Origin: Daphnia carinata
Lineage: Eukaryota
NCBI RefSeq assembly: GCF_022539665.2
Contig: NC_081332.1
Location: 3,410,001-3,474,000, forward strand
Length of the DNA stretch: 64,000 nt
Direction: 5' to 3'
Shown here: piece by piece, positions 1 through 13,400 of the stretch
Position numbering within the stretch: the first letter of the stretch is position 1
Layout of the letters: every line of letters starts with the position of its first letter
Position numbers and translations under genes: made by a program
The notes under the pieces: model-generated
Seen by the model: only the letters and a program-made list of their open reading frames with translations
Told to the model about the DNA's origin: nothing
Databases searched by the model: none

Positions 1-1067
1 TTATGCCGAGTTTCTTGTCATTTGTTTAGCTTCCCTAGACCGGAAAACGCGAATTTTCCCTTTTTTTTCACCCAAAAAGGCGTTAATTTACTGTACATTT
101 CTGAAATCGAAACAAAATTCTACTTTCACTAAACAGTAGCTTATACAGTAAGAGAGAGTCGCTTTGCTGTACAACTGGTCGTACCTCTAAATGACGTGAA
201 TATCAAGACAGGTTGAAGAAGAAAAAAAAAGGGAGGGTGGACTAAAACGCATGTTTTAAGCGCAAGTGTACGTACCAAAAAAAAAAATAATAAGGTACTT
301 GGCCTCGAATCAAAATTATAACACAAAAAATAAAGAATGGTCAACTGTGCCTCTTGGCACACGTTTGGATGAGCCAAACCTTTTAAGAGTCTGTTATTCA
401 AGAGTGAGCTATTGTCCAATCTGTTGCTTTTTTACCTATTGAACACGAAATTATGTAAAGGGAGAAGTTGGTAAATACATTCCAACTAGTTGGCCTCGAC
501 AAAACTTGGGCACAATAACACAAAACAAGGAACCTGGTTGTTTGCCGTTGCCGGGGCCTCAAGCTTCAAAAAAAAAATCTCTTTTTTATTTTTTAAAGGC
601 AACAAGAACGACCGACGCGGCCTTCGAAAGGTGTAACATAGGCCCAAGTATTATGAGAAAAGGGGGAAGAGGTTGTGTGGGGGGGGGGGGGACAGGAGGA
701 AAATAACGGAGGAGATAGTCCGACATGGTATACAAGATATATACAGACACAAGAGGCCGCTTTTTTTTCGAAAATGAAAAGAGAACTTTCAAGGTCGTGC
801 TCGCTCCCGTCCCGTCAAAATTTACCTTGAAATCGAATATAAACACCTTCTCTAGGCCAGCGCGTTAGGCCGATGCCTCCCCACTAGCAGCAACGCTGCT
901 CAAAATGTAGGATACAAAAGAAAACAATCACCTGCGACCCGAGGTCCCTGCACTGCCATAACTAATTTGCGCGTCAGCAATCATGCGTGACTCCCCTCCG
1001 TTCCAAAAAAACCCGGATCTTCCAAAGACAATTTCAATCATCCGCATTTCTTTTGTTTGGGGCACAG

Positions 1068-4000
1068 TGAGCAGTAACGGTTGCGGATGGCACACAGCAG
1101 AAGAACAAATAATAAGCAGTTATCGAGCCTTCTCGAGCGAAAAAATTGTCGCCAGACTGGGCATTCACATCGGATTCAATCATGTCAATGTCACCCTCCG
1201 CTGTAAGTCTTTTTTAAAGTTCAACACTCCCTAGCGAAATCGAATTGTGAAAAACAAAATGAAAAAAAAACAAACAAAATGTCTTTTAATTGTACAGCTT
1301 CGGGCGTGTTCAATATGAGCGACCGTATCGATTACAACGAACGATTCGGCTGGAAAGGCCCAGACGATATGGTCGAAGGATACGAGGCTGCATTACGAAA
1401 AGGTTTACCGTATCCAATATTAACGGTGGCCGAATACCTCAGCTTGAACGACGAAGGTTTCGGATGGGGAAGAACTTACCGCAAAGCCGGTTACTACAGC
1501 TGCATCGCCTTGTGGTAAGTGCAACCATCGTTCACGTTCGAATATTTTCACCTGTCTATCTCTCACTCCCGTTCCCCCTATGTTTCTTTTTGTGGTCTTT
1601 TACGATCCTTTCTTTTACGACGTCCAATCCCACCTGTAAGTCATTATTCGCAATCGGCATTACAATCCCAGAAGAATGTCGGTTATACCCATCGTTAAAG
1701 AAATCCCACAAAATTGCTTTGTTTGTGACTCAATCGCAGACAGTCTATAATTTCAACCAACCAGCCGTACATACCTTAGCAACAAGCCTCAAAGTTTGAA
1801 AACAAAACAAAAAACATACGCGGAAAGAATATTGAAAAATTTGCACCATCCCAGGTGCACGAAATGTCTGGAACAAAGAAATGTTATCCGCCCCTACAGC
1901 GCACGCATACTCTCTCTCTCCGGCGTGCATGACGTGAATTGGGGTCGTTTATAAACTGCTGACCGACTCGTGATCGAATCCATCAAAATGTTTGACATTT
2001 AACCAGGAAATGAAAATTTCGTTGCCTCAAGGGCTCGTTGGTTCTTTAACGTAATGGTTAAAGACGTCAACCTGTGCCAAGTTTTTTTTATTTTTTTGCA
2101 CGCAAATGGCGATGTTTAACTTTAAACGCACAGTTTACTTAGGGGAATGTAAACAGAGTTTTTAAAAAAGAAATAAACAAACGACGTGCGAAAAAAAAAC
2201 TTGGTTCACTTTCTAACAGCCGGCGGCCGCCATGAGCCATTTTCACCTGTCCCCCCACCCCCTCTTTAAAAATAATGAAAACAAAAATCTTAGAACAGCA
2301 ATTTTTTTTTTAGACTGTCTCGTTATTCTTTTGATAATTTGCGAATCGCTGGGAAATACTGGCAAGCTCAAATGATTAAAAAAAAAAAAAGTTCTTTCAT
2401 CATTTCGGAATTCGTTTAACGAAAAATGGTTTGGTGTTCAACACCACCCGTAATGTCGATGCGCTGCAACAAGCGGAAAAAGAGTTTCGCTTTTTTGTTT
2501 TTTACACGGTGGTTTAAATAGATGGTGTATCACATTTCATTGAGTCGACGGAAAGTTATTATGAATCCGCAAATAAAAAAGCGAACATATTCCAAGAAAG
2601 GAAAGCGTATAGTAGTTTTTGTTTAGACTCCTTCGTTTTCATTAGCATTTCCGTAGCAACGAGAGTTAATGCGGATTATTCGGATGACCACTCTCGAAAG
2701 GGAAATTGTCTGTTGTTGAAAATGATCCAGCCGCAACTGAACCACAAAGCCCGCCCACCCCCCGTTCACCACCTTGTTTTATTCCCAGCATATTTATCCC
2801 TTCCTCTTTTCGGAAATGAACTTCCCTCCCCCTCCTCAAAACAATATACCACCGAAACTGTGGCTTTCGTGAAAACGCAGCCCGTTTTCTTTTCTCACCT
2901 GCTTAACAAACGAATGTGTTCCACTCTCACTCTCCGTTATCTCTCACTGACAAGTTACACCATTTTTCAAAACGGGCTTGGCCCACATTCGTTTCTCACG
3001 CAGGGCGGCATTTGCTGCGTGGCTTTTGATGAACATCATGTTGGTCACCGTACCCGTTTACGGAGGCTACATGATGCTCTGCACTGGCGGCCTTATGCTG
3101 TTAACCAATCTACTGTACTACATGAACATCCCAAGTCGGCCGCTCGTCATCCGCTTCGAAGACTCCATCATCAGTTTCAGCTTCGGTTGGAGCTTCTGGC
3201 TCGTCCTTGCCGCAGGTCATTTTTTTCTTCTACTTAAAAAAAGAAGTCCTTTCGATCTTTCCTTCAATTCTATTTTTTTTTCCCCTCCCTACAGGGTTAG
3301 TTGTCTCAATTTTCGGATTGGTCATCACCTTAGTGGAAATAGCCTTCCCGCACAAATTCTCAACCGTCATCGAACTGGATTATGACACGCCCTACGACCG
3401 TCACATCATCATCGAGGAAAGTCGCGACACCAAAGTTGGGAAAAGACGATCGAGATTCGAAGAGCCAATCAGCAATTTCGGATCGAGAATCTTCCGCCGC
3501 TTCTCCAAACGTCTCAACGGCGGAATGGACGGCCCCAACAACGACACCAAATTCGGTTTAGATAACCCATCCATGGAACTTGACCCACCGAAATCACCGT
3601 GGAGGTACCCGCACCGAACGTTCAGCAATGGCCCGACGAGACCAACATCGCGATCCGAATCTCGAAAATCGACGAAATCAGTCGGATTCCGCGACGTCAA
3701 CGTCTACGGCAACACGTTACATCCATCGAGCGCTGCCTTAGGGCCGTCGTTAGACACATCAGAAGTGGAAACGATTCCAGATGTCCACATGACGCCAGAG
3801 CCACCTATTATCAAAACATCTATAGCAGAACCGGCTTGGGAATCGGATCCTTCATCGTCCAGTGAAGATGAAGGTGAAGAAATCGAGCGGGTGCAGAACA
3901 TTCCAATTACGACGATCAATTTCCGGACGTCGGCGTCGCGGCAAAATTCACACGAATCGCGTTTCAGCCGGAACAGTTCGTTGCGGCAATCGCAAAGAGA

Positions 4001-4396
4001 CGCGCTCGAAGATTGGGACGAACCAGAGCGGCCGGAGCGGACGAGTATCGTCAGCATCATCAAATCGGCTCTTCACATGGGTCCATCGTCGGCCAGCGGT
4101 TCAGCCCCGTCCACCTCGACGACAGGCAGCTCAGGTGCTTCGACACCAATGAGACGGATATCAAATGAAGAAGCCGATGCCATCCATCTGGATAGGACGG
4201 GCAGCTACATGCAACGATCTGCATTAGCCACCGTTTCGGCCAAAATCAGTGCAGCGGCTGAGGCCGATCGTTCCAGGTAACGCATTTTTTTAAAATTTAA
4301 TTAGAAAAAAAAAATTTATGGTTTTTTCAAATGGCATTTTTCTCTATTCGTAGACATTCTAGCAACGATGACGTTCATCGTGTAGATTTGTGGTAA
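1068..4396 (+). CDS. DUOXA1: Dual oxidase maturation factor (DUOXA / moladietz-NIP-like); 5' exons not identified (probably upstream of the window)
   Basis: Exons 1068-1202, 1298-1514, 3004-3215, 3295-4276, 4354-4396, all GT-AG and phase-consistent. DuoxA motifs: SYRAFS..LGIHIGFNHVNVTL, IDYNERFGW, LRKGLPYPILTVAEYLS, GFGWGRTYRKAGYY, TM segments, FGWSFWLVL, FPHKFSTVIELDYDTPYDRHIIIEES. A long S/R-rich tail with PPKSPWRYP ends ..HRVDLW*. Confidence 0.88.
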
Positions 4397-7300
4397 ACGT
4401 ACCCTCGAGGTTTCTGCAACCCAAACCCTCCCTGCCTTCCTAATTGAAAACAATGAGATAAAAACACACAAAATGCCTAGCTTCAAGATTTTCTAAATCG
4501 ACTGGGCGTCGCGCGCGCAATTCGAAAAACTTGGCCGCAGTCGTTCGAAAGAACAATCTAAAAGAATTTTGTTAGTAATTTTATTACAGTGTGTACACCA
4601 AATGGACTTCTCGTCGACCAACCCGGAAAAAGAGAATTGCGGCTACATGGAAATTAAAACGAAAAGTCGGCCATTGGTCTTGATTGCTAGTGTTCGTGTG
4701 CTTTGTGTACATTTCTTTACTACTGCGAGTTCTTTTATTTTTTTTTTTTTTGTACGTACTGTTTTTTTTTTTACTTTTAATTAAATGCACTTTGTGGCAA
4801 TCTTGTTTTCCCCTCCCTTTTACGTATGTTTGTAATTAATTAAAAGAAAGCTGTTTTGAGTTGAGCCAATTGGTATTGGCTACTTTCCTTTCGAAATTCG
4901 GGAATTTAAACTACGAAAAAAAAAAAACGTGATGGTTCTTCATTGTTTCATAATTCTATTCGGGTCTTCGTTCTATGAAGTTTTGACCGCTATATCTCTT
5001 GTGTTTTCTCCCCCTTTTTCTCCAAGTGTTGCTAATTTCAGAGGGACTTCTTAACGATTGACATGTATAACATAATTATTGAATTTTTTTTGTAATTGGA
5101 ATAAGGGCTAACCAGCCATGTTTCGTCAGTTGTGATTCTATTTTCAATAAAAGATGGTGTTTTTTACATGATCATCAATTCTTTTTCTTTTTTTTCTTTA
5201 AAAAAAAAAACAACCTTTGATTTCATTAAAAAATTATTCGAATGAAAACAATTCAACAAAAAAAAAAGCCTGACATTTGCGAGCATGGAAATAAACAATC
5301 AATGAACTGAATTTTCGGTTTTATTTCCCCGCATAATAAAACTGAAAATAGCCAAGAGTCAAAAGGATACCCATATTTGATGCTTCAAAAAATTCAAACG
5401 CAATAAAACGGGCACAAAATGGTTGCCTCAGTGAAACTGGAAACACAAAACTTCCCCAACGCAAATGGTTTTTCAAGACAAAAATTGGGCGTCGTAAATT
5501 GCCGATGCAACGTGCCAGACCAACAAGTGAATGCAGAACAAACAGAGCCTTACGTGGGAATTCAACAGTTTCAGAAAAATCAATTGCCGGATATTAAGAA
5601 AGAATCTAAAAAACAATCCTACTATTTAAGCAAAATCGTTTTAAATGGCGCAATTCAGCAACGGATGGCAGAGATTTGAAGCGATAACAAAAGCCATCAA
5701 CGCGGCGAGCGCCAAGAAACATGAGACTCAAGGATACCAATCCACGTTACTCCAATTAATCAAGCGAGACACGAAAATTAGACAAAACGTTGGCAAATGA
5801 AAACTCCCACAAATTGAAAACAACAAGGGAAAACCTTGCGTGTAAGAGTTTTCAGATTCACAAATTCAAGGGTAATCAGCTTCAACAAGAAAAGAAAAGC
5901 AACATGGTCGAAAAGAAATTAGCAAATGCCCGAACGTTGTTATTTGAGCTGCGGCAGGTGCTAGCAAGTAAATTACATCTCAAATGAGACATTCAATCAG
6001 TTAGTTCCCTTTCCCTATTGCCTAATCAAAGAGTATGTGGGTAATTAACGAGGACGCACAACGGCGAATGCCAGCAAAATTCAACCGCCACGATAAAAAA
6101 TTTCATTCCTTGGGGACATCAGAACACGACATTCGACGCACCGAATGCAGACAAGCATGGAAAAAAAAATATAATAAATAACTAACCTGGAATGGCAGGT
6201 AGTCTCACGCTGATGACGACGTAATAAAAAAGGATTTCGGCACACGTGTCTTCGGTTCATCATGGCCGTGCTCTTTCCCTGCTTGCCGCCTCGCTGTGAA
6301 GGACACGTAACAGCCATCTCGTTTTTCCACTCCGCACCAATGTTCTCTCAAGTTCAAATAATAATGCAATCGAGCAATATCACAAATTTATTCGTGTCAG
6401 TTCAAAAGTAGTAGTTCTTCTCCATCATAGTTAATGAGTTCACCGTAAATGAAGCAAAAAGAAACTCAGAAACAAAAGGATCTACTTCAGATGTTCTGGC
6501 CATCAATGACCACCATCATAGCGAGCGAAGTGACGATTAGATAATGGCGCCTAAAATGTTCTAGATCAATAGACCTTATCCGATTCCCGTCCCAGTTCAA
6601 GGATACGACCTACCCCTCTCCAGTTATGTTGCCAAATTTTCATTATTTTACACGGAATAAAACCACACCAAAAAATAAAAAACAATTAAAAATTCAAGTT
6701 GAAAAACAATTGCATTTTGTTGTTGAACAAAATTTGATAATTTTGTTGAAATTTCTGCTTTTATTTTTACAGGCAATTGCAATAACAAATAGTTTCGTTT
6801 GGAAATGAGAGCATGAAAAAATTGCCAAAGATTTTTCTGTGCAACCTGGCAAACGTAAACGTTCATGCTCGAAATGGCTTTCACACTCGAGACACTACAG
6901 ACCAACAAAATCTAATCTCAATCTTTTGATTTCATGAGATTTCAGGTGGCTGAATTAAACGAAAGACAAAACCTTGAATCACACAATCTTAGCAAGGAAG
7001 AGCATGCTTCAAGATGCTCTGTCGTTATTCCAAGTCATTAAGCATACATAACGCAGATGGTTACTCATAACATAGCCATTATTCTGAACAAAGGAGACGA
7101 TTTCACATAAATTACGTCTTTTGTACTATCAGTTGCCTAAGAAGGATGAAGCAAAAGGTTTTTAATGGGGAGAATTTTTAAACATGAACGAAAGGTAATT
7201 GTTATTCTTTCCAGGAAGTCGCTGGATAGCCGCTTAGTAACGAAAATGTGGCATTTTGAATCGAATGCTACTTGACCGACCTGGTGACCATGAACCTAAC

Positions 7301-8150
7301 TTTTAGTTCTTCACGTCACTTGACCACCCGCCAAAACCACCTTGAATAAAAATAAAAAAACCCAATTGCTTATCATCGTATTTCCGCATGTACGCTTAAA
7401 GTGAAAAATTTTTCTATTGATGTGGGAGCGTTCATCAATTTGACACGCTCCAACAGATTGTTTCCTGGCAGCAGACCGTGGCCTTTCATGGGCTAATTAG
7501 CAAGCACATAAAGAGTGCCAGCATCTACCCAGGGCTAAACAAATTGCAGTTTCAGAATCACGAAATTTTAAAATTCACTATTAAAACTTCCCGAGTAGAA
7601 AAATAGGCTATTATAAGCTGACCATGGTACTTGCCAAATTTAACACCTGTCGTATGTAGTTGGTAAGCCAAAGGCCAGCAATCTCTCTCCTTGCAGTAGA
7701 GGAAGCAATTGTGAAAGTCCTTGAAAATTTGTCAGCAGTAGAGCTTTCACATGTAATTAATCTCTTTCTTTACTAGAGCTTTTGTAGAAATTTAGAATAA
7801 AGTAGTCAAGGTGAACAAACGCAAAACTGTTATTAGACTTTTCATTATCTCAGAAGGGTTTCTAGTTGTACGTGTATATAGCCTAATTACCGCTATTAGG
7901 ATTGGACAGGCATGCATCCAAGCTGACTATTGCTCACTTCCGCAAAAGGAATAGATGCGCAACAGCAATCAAATGCATTGTTTCGTATTTTTTCTTTCCG
8001 GCGATTCTTTTCACTGATAAGTGCCCTGTGTAAGCGGGCTTCCCCGCCAAACTTTGAAATAATAATCAGTTTTGTCGTCGCTAGATGACGTTGCTATTCA
8101 AGATCCTGTTGGAAAGAAGACGTACACAAAACAAAGTCATTTTTAGAAAA

Positions 8151-8650
8151 ATGCTCTCCAGTTTGCTGAAAGAACATCAGGCAAAACAAGCGGTAAAAAA
8201 AGAAACGAGAGGTAAACATAACTTATAATCTGAACTAGACAAAACATACCTAAATTTACGTTTTTCTAAAGAGGAGTTGAGAAAAGAAGCGCTTACAGCT
8301 GCGGGTAATCTGACAGATGCATTAGTCGATCATCTGAACGTTGGGTACATAATCCTGATTTCAAACAAAACTGTTGGATTTCTCAAATGACTCACATGAC
8401 AGTTTTTTCCAGTGTTGCTCAGGCTTATCTGAATGAGAAGAAATTGGACCATGAAGCCCGTCAGTTGCAAAGCAATGCTGCAAATTTTTCCAAACAAGCT
8501 CAGCAGTGGCTGCAGCTTGTGGAGAACTTTAGCTCTGCATTGAAGGAGGTTGGTGATGTAGACAACTGGGCTAGGAGCATTGAAAAAGATCTCAAAATTG
8601 CTGAAACAGCACTGGAATATGCATATAAAGTTGGTCCTAGCAATCCTTGA
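8151..8650 (+). CDS. BLOC1S1: BLOC-1 subunit 1 (GCN5L1/BLOS1), 123 aa
   Basis: Exons 8151-8211, 8272-8344, 8413-8650 give MLSSLLKEHQAKQ...LTDALVDHLNVGVAQAYLNEKKLDHEARQL...ENFSSALKEVGDVDNWARSIEKDL..LEYAYK, the diagnostic GCN5L1 sequence. AATAAA at about 8674. Confidence 0.95.
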
Positions 8651-8740
8651 GTTGTGTTTGTGTATTTCTTGTTAATAAAATGATCAACAATTGGCTTTGC
8701 ACAAAGGTGTCTTGAGAATTGCCATGTCCAATATCGAACA

Positions 8741-9523
8741 TCACTTTATTAGTTTTTCGGTTTCCTTAATTTCTTTAACAACATCCTTTTTTCGCTTGAT
8801 TTTCTCTGTCTGGTCTTTGTCAGGATTTTTCAATTCACCACTTTTAATTTTGGCTTCAAGGGCTTCGATTTCCTTAAGCTTTTTCTTAAGGTTTTTCAGC
8901 CTCTTGGCTGGATCTGCAGTACTAGGTGGTTCTGAGGTGGTTTCGGCTATAGTAGGTTTAGGCTCTTTAGGTGCACGAGTAGGAGCTGGGACACCAAAGT
9001 TTGGTTCCTGGATGGTAAAACCTGCAAGTTTTCCTGTTACCTCTTTGATTTCTGTCTCTGGTTTAGCTTTCTTTTTTTTTTTCTTGGCAGCCTGCTGGGC
9101 TGCTGGAGGTAGTCCTGGTATTAAAGGTTGTTCACTTTTCCCAGATTTATTCTGTGCTGCTTGGGCAGCAATCAGTGCAGGACTCATACCCACAGGATAG
9201 GTAGGTTGGGATTTAGCCCATTGTTTCCCCTTACTTTCATAGCTAGAAAACATATGCAAGATATTAGAGGGTACATTCAGTTACTGAATCAGTATATATA
9301 CAGTACACAGGGACTTCTTCTTGTGGGACATAACCTTCCTTCACCCTTCTCGGTTTCCTCCAAGTGCCATCGGGCCGTCGTGATGCGGGTAAGAATAAAT
9401 CACCTGCAAGATAAGGATGGAAGGAAGTTTTTGTTAGTCACTAGATATATTTTATTAATTTAGATATTTAAAAAAACCTGTTGTGTCATCCCTAACGGGC
9501 TGAAATTCCCCCGCAGCCGCCAT
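8741..9523 (-). CDS. PYM1: Partner of Y14 and Mago (PYM/wibg), 214 aa
   Basis: Exons 9523-9478, 9403-9307, 9242-8741. The N-terminal Mago-binding motif is [36 protein letters not shown] and the C-terminal conserved region is [36 protein letters not shown]. Confidence 0.93.
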
Positions 9524-10473
9524 TAAAAACAGACTAACAACATTAGACATTCGAATAATAGATGGCGCGAAATTATGTAGCACAGAATCTAGCGTCATCT
9601 ACCGCCTATAAAATTAAGCTTCTCATTCAAGAAAAAGGGCGCCGCTTTTATGATGATGAGCCTGACACATATTGAGCAACGTGAAGATCGTTAAGCACAT
9701 ACGCACGTTCTGAGCGACGCATTTCCGTCCAAATGAAAAGCATCACGAACGTACTACGTTTGCTGGATTTTAAAATGCTCTCGGTTGATCGTCACTGAAG
9801 AAAGTTTTAATTTTTTTTGTCTGTAAGGGTGAGAGGCGAGGGCTTTTGTGCATAGCGCCTGTTTTGGTCTTGTACGAGCCGGTGCACGCGAGGTCATAGA
9901 GAGAAAGGTTTTCTCTACAGAGCAAAAAAAAATACAGATCCATAATAAGACCGAACAATGCCGCGCCTGACGTGAAATCTCTCTTTCGCACAAGTCAACA
10001 ATGATTCCAAAAGTTCCGTTTATTGAGAAAACTATTTTCACTAATAATAATTACTATAACGGTAAAAAGTTCAAGCTTTCTATATTTATTTTTGTAAGTC
10101 AGTCGAATATCATGTCGAAGAATCTGTTAACCCCCTATCGAAATAGCAGACGACTTTGGTCAAGCGACACGATTCTTACCCTGTATGGAAGTTCCTCCTT
10201 TTCTTTCTCTTTTTTTGGAGGGGTTTTGAGGAGGAACTCTTTTTTCTGTAGACCAAAACAAGAGAAAAATGGGCTCCTTTTCGAAAGACCCTTTCACCCC
10301 AATATATGTGTGTCTGACAGCAGATTGTGAGTCAAATAGATTTTCCTTCCCAAGACTATCTGGTTGTTGTTCTTCCACGTGGAGAAGTATCTCTTGACGT
10401 TGCGTGTATGGCAGAAAAAGAGAGAGGACTAGTTGGTTTTCTTTTTTTTTCCACGAGCAACCAGTGGAGGAAT

Positions 10474-13400
10474 CCTTGTAAGGTAATCTACAGGGCGCGC
10501 GCGCGCGTTCGCGTCAGCCACTTTCTCGCTCGTTTTCGACGGTGCTGCATATTGTAGACACCGGCGTTCCAAAAAGTCTCCATAGAGATTCGTTTTTTTT
10601 CTTTCGTGGCCCTTTATGGTCAACCTAACGAAACAGAGAGAAAAGAGTTTTCTTTTAGAGAGAGAGAGACGAAGAAATCATGATGACTTGACGTCTCGCC
10701 CTTTTTAGGATCTAACTCACTTCTTTTGACGAATAAATACAATAAACAAATAGAAAAGAGTTAAAAAGAAGGTAAAAATAACAACAGGGTAGTGTTCACC
10801 TTGACGAGGGATTTCCTCTAACTTATTTTGGAAACCTCCATCAACCAACGAATGTTAGTCTGTGTGTTACCACCAAATTCAGTCATGTCTTATGATATAT
10901 TTTTTGTTTTTCCCCTACTCAATCGTTTATGGAATGAATGCATTCGCCCATTTTTATTTTTTGCCGATTCAAATATCTTTTAACTATGGAACGAGGACAG
11001 CCGTCACGGAATCCCGTATCAGGTAACGTTGCTGTGTCATTCGATCACGACTCGATCGCCAGGCGAACTTTGGATCATGAAAGGTGGTTGGGTGGTGGAA
11101 TAATAGTATAAGGACTCCCGACCGATGAAGAAACGAGAGATGACCATATAAGGCAAGTAGAACTTTATACGGTAAACAAAAATACTGAACGAGAGATGCC
11201 CGTTCGTGAACCATCGTCTTTCGTATGTGTGCAAAGGCTGCCAGGCAGAAAATGCCCTATCCTGTTGGCAGCCTCTTCGGGCCGCGTGTGCAGTGGCCTC
11301 GTCCTACTTTTTGTTCTCATTTTTTGTTGAAAAAAAAAAAGATCACGGGCTCATCCATCTGTGATGTGAATCTTCACGAGCCCAGGTTGCGGGCATCACA
11401 TGGTGTAGTGGCCGATACACAGTCAAATGTTCTGTTATAACAACTCGCTCATGGCCATTGGGATGATCAGCCAGGTGTTTGTTCTTTTTAGTCTTTCAGG
11501 TCGCGTCAGCAATCTGTCGCGTTATTAACAATAGCTACCTGTACTTAGTTGTTCCTGTAAGTCGATTGGAACGGATCATTCAGTTCCATCAGCATAAATT
11601 GTTTCGAGCAAAACCTCGACACGGTAATTGGCAGCAGTTCGGCAGCTAGGAAACTGACGTTTGAGTACATCAACTGCTGCAAGTCTCACGCACGAAAAAT
11701 CCTCTATTTCAAGGTCACGTGACTTTGTGTGTCAAATGTGGGCCATCCCGAATGGAGGTGTGGCCTTCTTTTATGATTTTTTCTTTCTATGTCGTATATA
11801 CATACGCACCCAGTACGAGAAAACAAAACAAAAAAACTCTGTTACCTTATATGGTCAAGCGACGCGGCGTGGGAGCCGGCGTGAAAAACGACTGCAGCGC
11901 CACACCGTCTCGCCTCGTTACCTACATTTCTTATTTGGCCACCTGGACAATTCGTCTGCTAAGTGTTTTTTTGGCTTCTTGGCAGCAATATCTAAGATAC
12001 GATACAACAATTAAATTCTTGCAATTCGTTGTGCAATGGATTTACTTAATTTCAAACGGAAGTGACGTCACTCGCCGGCCTCTTAGTCCTTGATGACTCA
12101 TGTCAGATTATTGACATCACCCACGATGGCCACCAGACCCAACAGAATCGATATCTTCATATTTCCGACTGTTGGCTTTTAAGTGGGCATGAAATGTTGA
12201 CAGGACATTTCAAAAGATAATAATAGTTATTCATCTGTTTCGTTAGTGCATGTCTAATGTTGATATCTTAGTCATTATGAAATGCCTGGATCTTCTAACG
12301 ATTGTGTCGAAAACTATCTCAAGGCAGAACATTGAGGATCTCACGAAGGAGCTGGAAGGAAAACGTTCACAAGAGAAAAAAACTGAAACCGGTGCCCGCG
12401 CTTTCTTTCGTCTCCTTACGTCGGACAAACACGAAGTTGACCATATTAAGTCACGTTCTTCTTCTTCTCAACGCACCACCAAAGTCGGACTGTTTTTTCT
12501 CCTGCTGTTTTCCCCTAGTTTTAAAAATAATGATTTTAAAATATAAACTCTTTGAAAAATGATTCTCATGTTTCCAACGGCCGTTTTGAACTTTGTTTTA
12601 AACCAGATTAACAACACAATAAACGTTCTTTTTTCTCTCAAAGACTTTGATAAGAACAAGCCTTTGCTTCATGTTCTGCTAGACGACGAAATCTCTTTAG
12701 TTCAAAGTGTGAGTGGGGAACAAAAAAGAAAAATAAACATGTCCTTACATGGTGTTACAGAGTGCATCCAGATCCCCATAGTCCCAAAGACCAAGGTCAA
12801 TTTCATTTATTTCTTAAGTTGATAAAAGAAAAAGGTTTTGGTCTCACGCTCACTTTATGATCTTGATATGTGCGTCAACCCATTTTCAAAATGGCGTACT
12901 GAAAATGGCCCTTTTTTTTTCCCCATTGCCAAGTCTTGGAAAAATAACAAAAAAAATTCATTATTAGTCTTCGACAGTTATTCGACAGCTGGACAGTTTA
13001 TTTACAAGAAAAAATAAAAAAAACTATCCGGACATGAAGATGACCTGAAGCCATACACTACCCCTCGTCAAATTACCACACAAGAGTGTGTGTGTGTGAC
13101 GTGTACACGAACTACCAAAGAAAAAAATGGCCGTTGTTGTCGGTCGGGAAAAAAAAAACAAGGAATTGTCGGAAAGCGTCTAAATAGTGAAAATTTCTTG
13201 AAGCGTAAAAATAACGAAACAAAAACTTTTAGATTTTCTCCTGGAGGACATACAAAAGAGCCGGCCACGACCGTTTTAATTCGTTTTTCGCCAAAAAAAA
13301 GATTCGGTTGTTGCTCTCTTTCATCGCTTCTGGCTGCCACATAGTAAACTCGAACGGAGATTTTTTTTTTTTTTTTTTAAACACATTGGCCGGAACACAA

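Noticed and set aside
2978..3294. ORF-track N-termini of 2978-3385 and 3207-4280 as separate proteins
   Set aside because: They are intron read-through extensions of DUOXA exons 3004-3215 and 3295-4276.
5200..8100. Possible gene or lncRNA between DUOXA and BLOC1S1 (scattered splice-like sites, short ORFs)
   Set aside because: I could not build a consistent spliced ORF or find paired snoRNA boxes. It cannot be supported without transcript data.
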